Notes under the pieces: model-generated
Seen by the model: the letters and a program-made list of their open reading frames with translations, nothing else
The model's database searches: none
What the model was told of the DNA's origin: nothing
Assembly (NCBI GenBank): GCA_050950825.1
Contig: JBMNIH010000004.1
Coordinates: 448,001 to 512,000, forward strand
DNA length: 64,000 nt
From: Clostridia bacterium
Lineage (GTDB): Bacteria; Bacillota; Clostridia; JAAYHZ01
Reading direction: 5' to 3'
Program-made: the position numbers and the translations under genes
Shown: piece by piece, positions 19,209-29,875 of the stretch
Numbering within the stretch: position 1 is the first letter of the stretch
Layout of the letters: each line of letters opens with the position of its first letter

Positions 19209-20516
19209 TTGCAGTACGCTTTCGTTCGCAAAAAAACGTCTTACCAAAAAGGGACGGATGTTTGGAAAGAATTCGATGAGATTATAGATTTTGATTTCGG
19301 ATTCGGCTGTTTTGAGCCGGAATCCGACCATGAAGTCGATTTGTGCATAAAAGAGGCGGCGGATAAGGGAATAAAAGGTCTTAGTATCGCCGCTCCTTTG
19401 CAATATCGAGCTTTTCAGAGTACGGACCTTTTGTCCGAAGAAGCGATGAAAACCGGCTTGGCGGACACCGTCCGAATCGAAAACGGTGTGTCCGTCGGCT
19501 ACAACACCGAATACTTCGGGTTTTTGAAAGCGTTATCGAGAACCGGTCTGGACCTTACCGGAAAGAAGGTGTTGGTTACAGGATACTCCTGCTCCTTGAA
19601 TACGGTCGTTGCGGCTTTAAAGGATCTAAATGTGTCCGAAACGGTCATTGCCTCCATCGATAAAAAAAGATACTCGGCAAAGTTTCCCGATTGTACGGTT
19701 ATTCATGAGGAGGAACCGGTCAAAGGCAAGGATTTCGCATTGTTTGTAAACTGCGGGCCGGTGGGCATGTTTCCGGATACCGGGTCCGTTCCTGCCGCTT
19801 ATGACTTATCCGCGGATTCTATAGATTGCGTTATCGACTTGGTCTATCATCCGTGGGATACCGCATTGGTGAAAAAAGCAAGAAAAAAGGGAAAAAACGT
19901 TCAAAACGGTATGTGGACCGCCGTATACCAAACGTTAAAAGCATTTGAAATATGGACCGGAACGAGACAAACGGAGGAGTTAGCCGAAGAGCTTTTTTAT
20001 CGTATGAAGAAAAAAGCGGGAGACTGCATCGTGTTAATCGGAATGCCCGGAAGCGGTAAATCCACGGTGGGAAGAACGCTGGCAAAAACCTTGGACATGG
20101 AATTTGTTGATACCGATGAGTACATCGAATCTTTTTACGGCCAAATAGCGGACCTGTTCGACATAGGGGAAGAATTTTTCCGTCAAATCGAGACACGTAC
20201 ATTAAAGCAGTTGTCTTACGGTAATTCCATGGTGATATCCACGGGAGGGGGCATCGTTACCCGGGAAGAAAACATCCCCTTATTGAAAAATGCCGGTAAG
20301 GTATTTTTCTTGGATCGATCGCCGGAATTGATCATACAAAACGAGGAGCTAAAAAACCGTCCTTTACTGGCGGGAGAAGATCGATACGAGAAGTTAATGA
20401 GGCTGTATCGCCAAAGGATCGATCTTTACCGTAAGGCCGCCGATTATATAATCAACAACGACCGGGGAATCTTTCAGACGGTGCAAGCCATAAAGGAACA
20501 CTTGCAAGAAAGGTAA
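19209..20516 (+). CDS. aroK: Degenerate shikimate dehydrogenase domain fused to shikimate kinase
   Basis: C-half IGMPGSGKSTVG, DTD, FRQIE, STGGG and RPLL; N-half has AroE fold marks (GYNT, NCGPVGM, DLVY.P..T, NG.....Q). Confidence 0.85.
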   Translation: MQYAFVRKKTSYQKGTDVWKEFDEIIDFDFGFGCFEPESDHEVDLCIKEAADKGIKGLSIAAPLQYRAFQSTDLLSEEAMKTGLADTVRIENGVSVGYNTEYFGFLKALSRTGLDLTGKKVLVTGYSCSLNTVVAALKDLNVSETVIASIDKKRYSAKFPDCTVIHEEEPVKGKDFALFVNCGPVGMFPDTGSVPAAYDLSADSIDCVIDLVYHPWDTALVKKARKKGKNVQNGMWTAVYQTLKAFEIWTGTRQTEELAEELFYRMKKKAGDCIVLIGMPGSGKSTVGRTLAKTLDMEFVDTDEYIESFYGQIADLFDIGEEFFRQIETRTLKQLSYGNSMVISTGGGIVTREENIPLLKNAGKVFFLDRSPELIIQNEELKNRPLLAGEDRYEKLMRLYRQRIDLYRKAADYIINNDRGIFQTVQAIKEHLQER

Positions 20517-20693
20517 TGGGAGCTTCTCTTAAAAGCCTTGATTTTTACGAAATGTTCTATGTTTATGATATTTACAATCCAAATTTCCTGTGGTAGAATT
20601 GCTAAATATTAAAGAAACTTCGTTACGATACCAAACATCTAAGCTTAGTGTTTGATATCTTCTTTTTTAAATAACACAATAGGAAGGGTTACC

Positions 20694-22382
20694 ATGAATT
20701 TATTAGACAAATATGTAAGCAGAATAGAGTACGAAAGTTACGAGGATTTTGCCGAAAATTTCTCAATAAAGGTTCCGGACCGGTTCAACTTTGCTTATGA
20801 TGTCGTGGACGAATATGCGTTAAAATGCCCGGAAAAAAGAGCCATGGTTTGGTGTGACGACTACGGCTTGGAGAAAACCTTTCATTTCGGCGAATTAAAG
20901 GAACTCAGCGACAAGGCTGCCGCCTATTTTCAAAGCTTAGGGATTAAAAAAGGCGATAAGGTTATGCTCATACTGAAGCGCCGATATGAGTTTTGGTATA
21001 TTATCATTGCCTTACATAAAATCGGAGCCATCGGTATTCCTGCAACCCACCTGTTAAGAAAAAAAGATATCATTTATCGTATTGAAGCCGCAGGTATTAA
21101 AACCATTGTATGTATTAATGAAAATGAGATCGTACATGAAGTGGAATTGGCGGTGAAAGAATCCGAAGGGGTAGAAAACCTGGTCATGGTGGCCGGAGAA
21201 AAAGAAGGGTGGATGTCCTTTGAAAAGGAAATGTCCCTTACGGATAAAGAATTCCTTCGACCGACAGGTGACGATTATCCGGGCGGAGAAGATATCATGC
21301 TGCTGTATTTCACCTCCGGTACAACGGGAATGCCGAAAATGGTATTGCACGATTTTAATTATCCTTTGGCTCATATTGTAACGGCGAAGTATTGGCACTG
21401 CTGTATCGATGACGGACTCCACTTTACCATATCCGATACCGGCTGGATGAAGTCCATGTGGGGAAAGCTCTACGGACAATGGATCGCAGGGTCCGCGGTT
21501 TTAGTCTACGATATGGAAAAGTTCATCGCCGACAAGGTCCTTCGGATCATGGAGAAATACAAGGTGACGACTTTTTGCGCGCCGCCTACCATGTATCGAT
21601 TCTTTATTAAAGAAGATTTGTCCGCTTATGATTTTTCGAACGTAAAGCACTGTACCATTGCAGGAGAGCCCCTGAATCCTGAAGTATACTACCAATGGTT
21701 AAAAGGTACGGGATTAAAATGCTATGAAGGATACGGCCAAACCGAATTAACCCTTGCTATTGCCAATTTCCCTTGGATGGAACCGAAGCCGGGATCCATG
21801 GGACTTGCAAGCCCCATTTACGATGTGGATTTGGTAGATGAAAACGGCGAATCTTGTATTCCCGGCCAAGAAGGGCAAGTCGTTCTAAGAACAAAGACCA
21901 AAAGATTGGGAGTTTATAAAGGGTATTATAAAGACGAAGAATTGACCAAAAGCGTATGGCACGACGATGTATACCATACCGGTGACATGGCTTACCGCGA
22001 TGAAGACGGATACTATTGGTTTGTAGGCCGTGCCGACGATGTTATAAAAAGCTCCGGATACCGAATCGGTCCCTTTGAAGTGGAAAGCGCTTTGATTCAA
22101 CACAAGGCCGTTTTGGAATGCGCCATAACCGCCGCTCCGGACGAAATCCGCGGACAGGTGGTCAAAGCCACCGTTGTTTTGACGAAGGGTTATACCCCCT
22201 CTGAAGCGCTGGTTAAAGAGCTGCAGGAGCATGTAAAAAATATTACGGCACCCTACAAATATCCGAGAATCATCGAGTTTGTCGATGAGTTGCCGAAGAC
22301 CATCAGCGGTAAAATTCAAAGAAACATAATCAAGAAAAAAACCTACGAAGAAAAAGGAATCAACCTGAATCATAAGGAGTAA
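20694..22382 (+). CDS. AMP-forming acetyl/acyl-CoA synthetase
   Basis: [44 protein letters not shown] and PKTISGK motifs. Confidence 0.92.
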   Translation: MNLLDKYVSRIEYESYEDFAENFSIKVPDRFNFAYDVVDEYALKCPEKRAMVWCDDYGLEKTFHFGELKELSDKAAAYFQSLGIKKGDKVMLILKRRYEFWYIIIALHKIGAIGIPATHLLRKKDIIYRIEAAGIKTIVCINENEIVHEVELAVKESEGVENLVMVAGEKEGWMSFEKEMSLTDKEFLRPTGDDYPGGEDIMLLYFTSGTTGMPKMVLHDFNYPLAHIVTAKYWHCCIDDGLHFTISDTGWMKSMWGKLYGQWIAGSAVLVYDMEKFIADKVLRIMEKYKVTTFCAPPTMYRFFIKEDLSAYDFSNVKHCTIAGEPLNPEVYYQWLKGTGLKCYEGYGQTELTLAIANFPWMEPKPGSMGLASPIYDVDLVDENGESCIPGQEGQVVLRTKTKRLGVYKGYYKDEELTKSVWHDDVYHTGDMAYRDEDGYYWFVGRADDVIKSSGYRIGPFEVESALIQHKAVLECAITAAPDEIRGQVVKATVVLTKGYTPSEALVKELQEHVKNITAPYKYPRIIEFVDELPKTISGKIQRNIIKKKTYEEKGINLNHKE

Positions 22383-22392
22383 AGCGACGACC

Positions 22393-22426
22393 AACGGGCG
22401 GGTGAATACCGCCCGTTTGCAGTTTT
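22393..22426 (+). terminator. Probable terminator
   Basis: aacgggcgg-gtgaata-ccgcccgtt hairpin. Confidence 0.55.
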
Positions 22427-22733
22427 AAATGACAAAGACGAGCAATCGTCTTTCATTTTTTTATCTGCTGTTTTAAAATAGGAAATCATGCTATAATGAT
22501 GATACAAGAAATTTTTGCTAATATTGATATTGCAAAGCGATAAGCCTTTGAATAAAAAGGATTTCGAATAAACGGTCCGCAAAGGATACGAAAAAAGGTC
22601 AAAGGACCATTCAAAAAGCATCCGAAAAAAAGAGTTATGATTTAAAAAGAGATTGTGCTAACCGTGGACGCTTTCAAAGCATCTTAGGTATTGCAATTTA
22701 TTCGATAAATTTTTGTTTAGAAAGGGTTATGCG

Positions 22734-25700
22734 ATGGAAAAAGTTAAAAGGGTTTATGTGAAAAAAAGAGAAGGGTTTGATACGGATTCTCAAACTCTTC
22801 TTCGGGAATTGAAGTTTTTATTCGGCTTGCCGGGTTTAAAGGAATTGGCTATCGTCAACCGATATGATGTGGAAAACACGGATGAGGCGACGTTCCGAGA
22901 AGCCGTAAAAACGATCTTTTCCGATCCCGGAACGGATCTTGTATTTTTCGATATCGAGGATGAATTGAAAAAAGCGAAAAGATATCTTCCCGTTGAATAT
23001 TTGGACGGTCAATACGACCAAAGAGAAGACTACGCCGTTCAATGCTTGCGGCTACTGAGCGGACAAGACGGGCCTTGCGTGGAAGCCGCTAAGATTTATC
23101 TTTTCTACGGAGACATTTCGGAAGACGAGTTTGATAAGATAAAGTCCCACATTGTGAATCCTTTGGATGCAAGAATTGCTTCCATGGACCTGCCCGACAC
23201 CTTAAAGAACCGTTATCTTGTGCCGGATAAGGTGGAAAAAGTGGAAGGCTTCTTATCGATGACAAAGGAACAATTGGAAGAATATCTGACAAAGAACGTC
23301 TTGGTCATGACGCTTGAGGATCTATTGTTTGTACAAGCCTATTTTCGCGATACGGAGAAAAGAGATCCGTCAATTACGGAAATCAAAGTGCTGGATACAT
23401 ACTGGTCGGACCATTGCCGTCATACAACCTTCAACACCGTCATCGAATCCGTTACTTTTGACGACGGAGTCGTTTCGGAACGAATCAAGGAATCGTATGA
23501 AAAGTATCTGAATATACGAAATGTCGTTTATAAAGAAAAGAAGAAGGACCTATGCCTGATGGATCTTGCCGTCATCGGCATGAAATACCTCAGACAAAAC
23601 GGTTTGCTAGAGGATTTAGAGGTATCCGAAGAGGTTAATGCCTGCAGTATTCGAGTCGAAGCCGATGTAAACGGCCAAAAAGAAGAATGGCTTGTGATGT
23701 TTAAAAACGAAACCCACAACCATCCCACCGAGTTCGAGCCTTTCGGCGGGGCATCCACCTGTTTAGGCGGAGCCATTCGAGATCCCTTGTCCGGAAGATC
23801 TTACGTATACCAAGCCATGAGGATAACGGGAGCATCGGATCCTTTCCAAAAGTTTGATGATACGCTGCCCGGAAAACTGCCTCAGTACAAAATCACCACA
23901 ACGGCGGCCAAGGGATACAGCTCTTACGGCAATCAAATCGGAATATCCTCCGGATATTTAAACGAATGGTATCATCCCGGTTTTACGGCCAAGAGGATGG
24001 AGCTAGGTGCCGTCATCAGTGCGGCGCCGGCGAAGAATGTGGTAAGAAGAAGGCCGGAAAAAGGGGATGTGGTGATTTACTTAGGAGGGCGTACGGGACG
24101 TGACGGTATCGGCGGAGCCACCGGTTCTTCCAAAGAACACGATGAAGAAAGCTTTGCCTCGGCGGGAGCCGAAGTTCAAAAAGGAAATCCTCTCATTGAG
24201 CGCAATATCCTGCGGCTGTTTCGCGACGAAAAAATCTCCCGCATGATTATCAAATGCAATGATTTCGGTGCGGGAGGGGTGTCCGTTGCCATCGGTGAAT
24301 TGGCCGACGGCTTGGATATATTCTTAGACAAGGTTCCTCCCAAGTACGAAGGAATGGACGGAACCGAGCTTGCTTTGTCCGAATCCCAAGAGCGGATGGC
24401 CGTGGTTGTCAGCGAAAAGGACGCGGAAGCCTTTATTCAAGCGGCGTACGCTGAAAATCTGGAAGCGGTAGTCGTGGCACATGTTACGGATCTTAACCGC
24501 ATGAGAATGTTCTGGAAGGGTCAAACCATTGTGGATCTTTCTCGCGATTTTATTGCCACCAACGGTACGGGGCAAAAAACAACGGTCCATGTTGCGGAAC
24601 CCGTTAAAGACAGCTATTTCAAAGAAAAGAAAGCGAGTTTCAATGATCTGAAGGATGTATTGGCATCTTTGAATACCTGTTCTCGTAAAGGCTTGATCGA
24701 AATGTTCGATTCTACCGTAGGAGCGGCTACCGTATTGGCGCCGTTAGGAGGCAAATACGGCTTGACGCCTCAAGAAGGAATGGCTGCCAAATTGCCGGTT
24801 CTCGATGGAGACACGAATACCTGCACGGTGATGACCTACGGATACGACCCCTTTATCGGCGAATGGAGTCCGTACCACGGTGCGGCTTATGCGGTGGTCG
24901 AATCTTTGGCCAAAATGGTTGCGTTAGGATGCGACTGGAGAAAAACCCGATTGAGCTTCCAAGAATATTTTGAAAAGCTGATGAAAGACCCTATAAAGTG
25001 GGGCAAGCCCTTCTCCGCCTTGTTGGGCGCTTTTGAAGCCCAAATCGCATTGGGGATACCCTCCGTCGGCGGTAAAGACAGTATGTCCGGATCCTTTATG
25101 GACCGAAACGTACCTCCTACATTAGTGTCCTTTGCCGTTTGCACGGCCGATTGCAATCGTATTCGTTCAAGCGAATTGAAGAAGGCCGGCAGCATTTTAT
25201 ATTGGGTAAGAACAAAGAAGGACCATACCGGGGTACCGGATTACGAAGCTTTGGCAAAAACTTGGGATGCCATCGCTTCCGTTAAGGAAGGCATTATCTC
25301 TGCTGCGGTGGTCAAAGGAGCGGGTGTTCTTGAAACCGTTGCAAGAACGGCTTTCGGCAACCGCTTAGGTGTCCGTATTGAAGACACGACAGAAGAAAGG
25401 CTGCTGTTTGCTCCGGATATCGGGTCGCTGTTGCTCGAAGCGGAATCCGACATGGTCTTCCCGTCGGATACGGAAGTCGTCAAGATCGGTACCGTCGTTG
25501 ATGAGCCTTGTATTTATTATAAAGACAAAAAGTTATCCTTGGAAGAAGCATTGAAGGCTTGGGAAAGCACATTAGAGCCCGTATTCCCCACAAGGAAAGA
25601 AACTTTCAAAAAGACGGATTCGGAATATTCCAAACTGTCATTAAAAGGGTATAATGAAAGAAAAGGCACGGCTTCGAAGATCAAAGCGTCAAAGCCGAAG

Positions 25701-26489
25701 GTTTTTCTGCCCGTACTTCCCGGAACCAACGGCGAATACGACGTAAGAAAAGCATTTGAAAAAGCGGGAGCATCGGTGTTCGAGCTTGTGTTCCGCTCTT
25801 TAACCGCCGATGACATAAAGAACAGTATCGAAGATACGGTTCAAGCCATTAAACGGTGCCAAATCCTGACGCTGCCGGGCGGCGCAACCGCCGGGGACGA
25901 ACCGGACGGAGCGGGTAAATTCATGGCGATCCTTTTAAGGAACCCGTATATCGAAGAAGCCGTGAAGGACTTGTTGGAAAACAGAGACGGATTGGTTTTA
26001 GGGATCGGAAACGGATTCCAAGGTCTCTTAAAATCGGGACTTTTGCCGTACGGGGAAATAAGGGAGATGAAAGAGGATTCTCCTGTTCTGGCTAAGAATT
26101 CTTGCGGAAGACATGCATCCTGCATCGTACAAACGAAGGTGATATCCGTCATGTCTCCCTGGTTCTTAAAATGCAGCATAGGAGATATTTATACTTCCGT
26201 TTACTCGGCTTCGGAAGGACGTTTTGTCGCTTCGGAAAAGGATCTTTCGGAAATGATGAAAAACGGCCAAATTGCAACGGCATATGCGGATTTGTCCGGT
26301 CAAGTTTCCGACGATCCGGAATACAACCCCGGAGGGGCTGTAGGAGGAATCGAAGGCATAACTTCACCGAACGGCAGGATTTTAGGTATCATGACGCATC
26401 CGGAGAGAATCGGTAAGGATTTGTGTATCAATGTACCGGGCAACAAGGATGTACCGATATTTGAATCCGGTGTTGCGTATTTTAAATAA
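22734..26489 (+). CDS. purL: Phosphoribosylformylglycinamidine synthase, large single-chain clostridial type
   Basis: YWSDHCRH, KNETHNHPT, GGAIRD, DFGAGG, SESQERM and GGKDSMS motifs; C-terminal GATase domain with altered triad. Confidence 0.95.
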   Translation: MEKVKRVYVKKREGFDTDSQTLLRELKFLFGLPGLKELAIVNRYDVENTDEATFREAVKTIFSDPGTDLVFFDIEDELKKAKRYLPVEYLDGQYDQREDYAVQCLRLLSGQDGPCVEAAKIYLFYGDISEDEFDKIKSHIVNPLDARIASMDLPDTLKNRYLVPDKVEKVEGFLSMTKEQLEEYLTKNVLVMTLEDLLFVQAYFRDTEKRDPSITEIKVLDTYWSDHCRHTTFNTVIESVTFDDGVVSERIKESYEKYLNIRNVVYKEKKKDLCLMDLAVIGMKYLRQNGLLEDLEVSEEVNACSIRVEADVNGQKEEWLVMFKNETHNHPTEFEPFGGASTCLGGAIRDPLSGRSYVYQAMRITGASDPFQKFDDTLPGKLPQYKITTTAAKGYSSYGNQIGISSGYLNEWYHPGFTAKRMELGAVISAAPAKNVVRRRPEKGDVVIYLGGRTGRDGIGGATGSSKEHDEESFASAGAEVQKGNPLIERNILRLFRDEKISRMIIKCNDFGAGGVSVAIGELADGLDIFLDKVPPKYEGMDGTELALSESQERMAVVVSEKDAEAFIQAAYAENLEAVVVAHVTDLNRMRMFWKGQTIVDLSRDFIATNGTGQKTTVHVAEPVKDSYFKEKKASFNDLKDVLASLNTCSRKGLIEMFDSTVGAATVLAPLGGKYGLTPQEGMAAKLPVLDGDTNTCTVMTYGYDPFIGEWSPYHGAAYAVVESLAKMVALGCDWRKTRLSFQEYFEKLMKDPIKWGKPFSALLGAFEAQIALGIPSVGGKDSMSGSFMDRNVPPTLVSFAVCTADCNRIRSSELKKAGSILYWVRTKKDHTGVPDYEALAKTWDAIASVKEGIISAAVVKGAGVLETVARTAFGNRLGVRIEDTTEERLLFAPDIGSLLLEAESDMVFPSDTEVVKIGTVVDEPCIYYKDKKLSLEEALKAWESTLEPVFPTRKETFKKTDSEYSKLSLKGYNERKGTASKIKASKPKVFLPVLPGTNGEYDVRKAFEKAGASVFELVFRSLTADDIKNSIEDTVQAIKRCQILTLPGGATAGDEPDGAGKFMAILLRNPYIEEAVKDLLENRDGLVLGIGNGFQGLLKSGLLPYGEIREMKEDSPVLAKNSCGRHASCIVQTKVISVMSPWFLKCSIGDIYTSVYSASEGRFVASEKDLSEMMKNGQIATAYADLSGQVSDDPEYNPGGAVGGIEGITSPNGRILGIMTHPERIGKDLCINVPGNKDVPIFESGVAYFK

Positions 26490-26520
26490 ATAAATATATT
26501 AAAAAATGGAGTGAGGGATT

Positions 26521-26991
26521 ATGGCGAAGGAGATTATGCGAAGAACGGCTTCCGACAACGAGTATCTGCACAAGGACTTTCATGCATCCATGAATATCGG
26601 ATTGGAATTTTTGCGGAAGAACTACGGTAAAGAAGGCGTAATCGATTATTTAAAAACTTTCACAAAAAAATATCATGCTCCTTTGACGGAAGGGTTAAAA
26701 AAAGAGGGGTTAAAGGTTTTGAAGGATTACTTTCAAAAAATCTATGAAGCGGAAAAAGCCCCTTGTACCATCGAGTACGAGGAAGATTGCATGATCGTTA
26801 AGATCGATGAATGTCCCGCTTTAAAGCATTTAAGGGAGATGAACGTAGCTCCTTCGCCGTATTACGAATACACGACGCTTACCGTGTATGAAACCGTTTG
26901 CGAAGGAACGCCCTTTGCTTTCGAATGTGTTGAGTACGATCGTATAACCGGAAAAAGCATATTAAAATTTTACAGGAGGGATAAGATATGA
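26521..26991 (+). CDS. Hypothetical protein, V4R / ATC-hydrolase-like fold
   Basis: ~155 aa, helical N-terminus, then IDECPA and a YYEY..VYE pattern; good RBS. Confidence 0.55.
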   Translation: MAKEIMRRTASDNEYLHKDFHASMNIGLEFLRKNYGKEGVIDYLKTFTKKYHAPLTEGLKKEGLKVLKDYFQKIYEAEKAPCTIEYEEDCMIVKIDECPALKHLREMNVAPSPYYEYTTLTVYETVCEGTPFAFECVEYDRITGKSILKFYRRDKI

Positions 26992-27425
26992 TATCCTGTA
27001 CGGAATTCATACCGGCTTACAGCGAACTGTTTAAGTATTTGGAACAAAGAGACGGCAAGAAAAAGGTGCTTGAATTTTGGGAAACCATATCCGATGAATA
27101 TTTGAAGGACAGCCTGAAAAAGTGCGTGGAAGAAGCCGGCATTCGAGGATGCTGGAATTATTGGTCCCGTTCCCTGAATGAAGAAGCTGCCGATTTTACC
27201 ATGACATTGGACGAAGAAAACGGAGAATTTACCATTGTCATGCATGCATGTCCTTCGAAAGGAATGCTATTGAATCTCGGCTACATGGAACCCTATCGTG
27301 ACTACTGCGAGCATTGCGATGTGCTGTACAGAAGAGTGTTGGAGCCTTTAGGCTATGAGTATATATTCGACGACAGCGAATGCGACCAAGCCAAGTGCAA
27401 TATAAAGATACGTAAAATCAAGTGA
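26988..27425 (+). CDS. Hypothetical protein, V4R / ATC-hydrolase-like fold with Cys ligands
   Basis: HACPS...YCEHC...C metal-ligand pattern; ATGA overlap with the upstream gene. Confidence 0.6.
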   Translation: MISCTEFIPAYSELFKYLEQRDGKKKVLEFWETISDEYLKDSLKKCVEEAGIRGCWNYWSRSLNEEAADFTMTLDEENGEFTIVMHACPSKGMLLNLGYMEPYRDYCEHCDVLYRRVLEPLGYEYIFDDSECDQAKCNIKIRKIK

Positions 27426-27451
27426 AAAATAATTCGATGGAGAGTGATACT

Positions 27452-28951
27452 ATGTATTTAATGGGCATTGACGTAGGCAGCACCGGATGCAAAGCCACCA
27501 TTGTGGATGCGTACGGAAATGTGGTAGGAAGCTCGTACAGGGAATACGCAACCGTCATTACCAAAGAAGGGTACGGCGAAATACCCGTCGAAAGCATAAG
27601 AAACGAAGTGAAAAACGCAATCCGATTTGCAGCGGAAGGAATCCAAAAAGGCGGTATCAAAGCGATATGCACTTCTTCCTTCGGAGAAGGGTTTGTTGCC
27701 GTCGATGAAAAAGGAGAGCCTTTAAACAACCCTATTCTGTACATCGATCCGAGAGGAAAAGAATATTTGGATCGCTTTTCCCGAGATTCGTTGGGATTTG
27801 ATATGTATAAAACGGCGGGAACAAGCCCGCAATCCATCTATTCGCTGCCGAAATTAATGTGGATCAAGGATCACCGGCCGGATTTGTATAACAAAATCCG
27901 TAAAATCTTGTTTGTCGGCGACTATATACTGTATATGTTAGGTGCCGAACCTTTCTGTACCTACTCTTTAGCGGCAAGAAGCATGGCTTTCGATGTCATC
28001 AATAAAAAATGGAGCGACGAAATAATCGAATGTGCCGGACTTGACCGCAGCTTCTTCCCTCAGCCCGTAAAATCGGGAACGGTATTAGGGAAAATATGCC
28101 CGAAGGTTGCTGCGGAGCTCGGGTTATCCGATGATATCCTTTTGGTAGCCGGAGGTCACGACCAACCTTGCGTTGCTTTGGGTGCCGGTGTCAACAAGGC
28201 CGGGCTGGCGGTGGACGGGCTGGGAACCGTAGAATGTATTACTCCCGCCTTTGATTCTCCCATCATAACGCCCGGAATGGTAAAGAATAATTTCGTGTTG
28301 GTTCCCCACGTATTGGATAACCTTTATGTGACGTACGCTTTCACGCTGACAAGCGGAAGCGTGGTTCGCTGGTACCGCGATACGTTCGGACAACAGGAGA
28401 AAGAATACGCGGAAAGCATCGGTATAAACGCCTACGACTACATTATGGATAACGCCAATCCGGAGCCTTCCGGTATGTTTGTACTGCCTCATTTTTCGGG
28501 ATCCGCTACTCCCTACATGGACAGCGAATCGAAGGGTGCCATTTTGGGAGTTACCTTGGATACCACCAAGGATAAATTCGTGAAAGCCTTATTGGAAGGT
28601 ATCACCTATGAGATTATGGTAAATGCGGAGATTTTGAACCAAGAAGGAATAAAGACCGATCACTTGAGAGCGGTAGGAGGGCTGGCCAAGTCCGACAGCT
28701 ATTTACATCTTAAGGCAAGCATGATGAATTCCATTATCGAAACCTTAAACGTAACCGAAGCCGGTACCGCCGGTGTAGCGATTTTGGCCGGGGTTGCTTG
28801 CGGAATTTACGACAGTATCGAAGACGGTATTGACAAGGTCGTCAAGGTTAAGAAGGTTTATTACCCGGATCCGAAGGTCAGCGAATATTATCAAGAACAA
28901 TTCGTGAAATACAAAAGAATTTACCGGGCCATGAAGGAAATCTATAAATAA
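27452..28951 (+). CDS. FGGY-family carbohydrate kinase (xylulokinase-like)
   Basis: GIDVGSTGCK, GGHDQ, LPHFSGS.TP, LLEGI and VGG.AKS motifs. Confidence 0.92.
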   Translation: MYLMGIDVGSTGCKATIVDAYGNVVGSSYREYATVITKEGYGEIPVESIRNEVKNAIRFAAEGIQKGGIKAICTSSFGEGFVAVDEKGEPLNNPILYIDPRGKEYLDRFSRDSLGFDMYKTAGTSPQSIYSLPKLMWIKDHRPDLYNKIRKILFVGDYILYMLGAEPFCTYSLAARSMAFDVINKKWSDEIIECAGLDRSFFPQPVKSGTVLGKICPKVAAELGLSDDILLVAGGHDQPCVALGAGVNKAGLAVDGLGTVECITPAFDSPIITPGMVKNNFVLVPHVLDNLYVTYAFTLTSGSVVRWYRDTFGQQEKEYAESIGINAYDYIMDNANPEPSGMFVLPHFSGSATPYMDSESKGAILGVTLDTTKDKFVKALLEGITYEIMVNAEILNQEGIKTDHLRAVGGLAKSDSYLHLKASMMNSIIETLNVTEAGTAGVAILAGVACGIYDSIEDGIDKVVKVKKVYYPDPKVSEYYQEQFVKYKRIYRAMKEIYK

Positions 28952-28962
28952 GGAGACAGCGT

Positions 28963-29838
28963 ATGGCTTTAGTAAGCATGAAGGAAATACTGGAGGACGC
29001 CCGAAAACGTAATTACGCCGTAGGGTGTTTTAATGCGGTGAACCTGGACATGACAAGAGGGGTTTTGGAAGCGGCGGAAGAACTGCAAGCGCCGGTAATC
29101 CTGTGCCATGCGGAAGTGCATTTTAAATATACCCCCCTCGAGAAAATTGCTCCGATTCTGGTTAACGAGGCTCGTATGGCGAAGGTGCCCGTTGCTTTGC
29201 TTTTGGACCACGGAAAAAGCTTTTCGGCTATCGTGAAAGCCATGCATTTGGGATTTAACGCCGTCATGTATGACGGATCGGATCTTCCTTTTGAACAAAA
29301 TGCGGAGAACACGAAAGAGGTGGTTCGAATTGCCCGAGCATTGGATGTTTCCGTAGAAGCGGAATTGGGGCATGTGGTTCGTCCGAAAAGCGCCGGTGCC
29401 GACGGTGACGAAGACGATTCCACGGCGGGAGACGAATCTTTTTATACCCGTCCCGACCAAGCATACGAATTCGTGAATCGAACCGATGTGGACGCCTTGG
29501 CGGTGGCATTCGGAACCGCACACGGCGTGTATTTGAAAAAGCCGGTTTTGGATTTGCAGCGTTTGGCGCAAATCCGGGATGCCGTCCCCGTTCCTTTGGT
29601 GATGCACGGGGGGTCCGGATTGGAAGAAGCGGACTTTAAGAATTCCATTTCCGCCGGGATAACGAAAATCAATTACTATACGGGAATGGCGAAATATGCC
29701 GCAGAGAAAATAAAGGAAAAGCTCAATTCGGAAGACGGCATCCTTTTATATCACAACGTCATGATGGATGCGATTCGTGCAATAAAGGAAGATGTAATTA
29801 AAGCTATGGAGCTGTTCGGATGCGAAGGCAAGGCGTAA
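28963..29838 (+). CDS. Class II fructose/tagatose-bisphosphate aldolase family
   Basis: LDHG, MYDGS, VEAELG, GTAHGVY, LVMHGGSG and KIN motifs. Confidence 0.93.
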   Translation: MALVSMKEILEDARKRNYAVGCFNAVNLDMTRGVLEAAEELQAPVILCHAEVHFKYTPLEKIAPILVNEARMAKVPVALLLDHGKSFSAIVKAMHLGFNAVMYDGSDLPFEQNAENTKEVVRIARALDVSVEAELGHVVRPKSAGADGDEDDSTAGDESFYTRPDQAYEFVNRTDVDALAVAFGTAHGVYLKKPVLDLQRLAQIRDAVPVPLVMHGGSGLEEADFKNSISAGITKINYYTGMAKYAAEKIKEKLNSEDGILLYHNVMMDAIRAIKEDVIKAMELFGCEGKA

Positions 29839-29875
29839 TGCCCGAACGATTAACCGAAAAAAGGAGTGATTCGTA

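Noticed and set aside
22430-22733. Possible purine, ZTP or PRPP riboswitch upstream of purL
   Set aside because: No recognisable aptamer consensus or terminator by eye.
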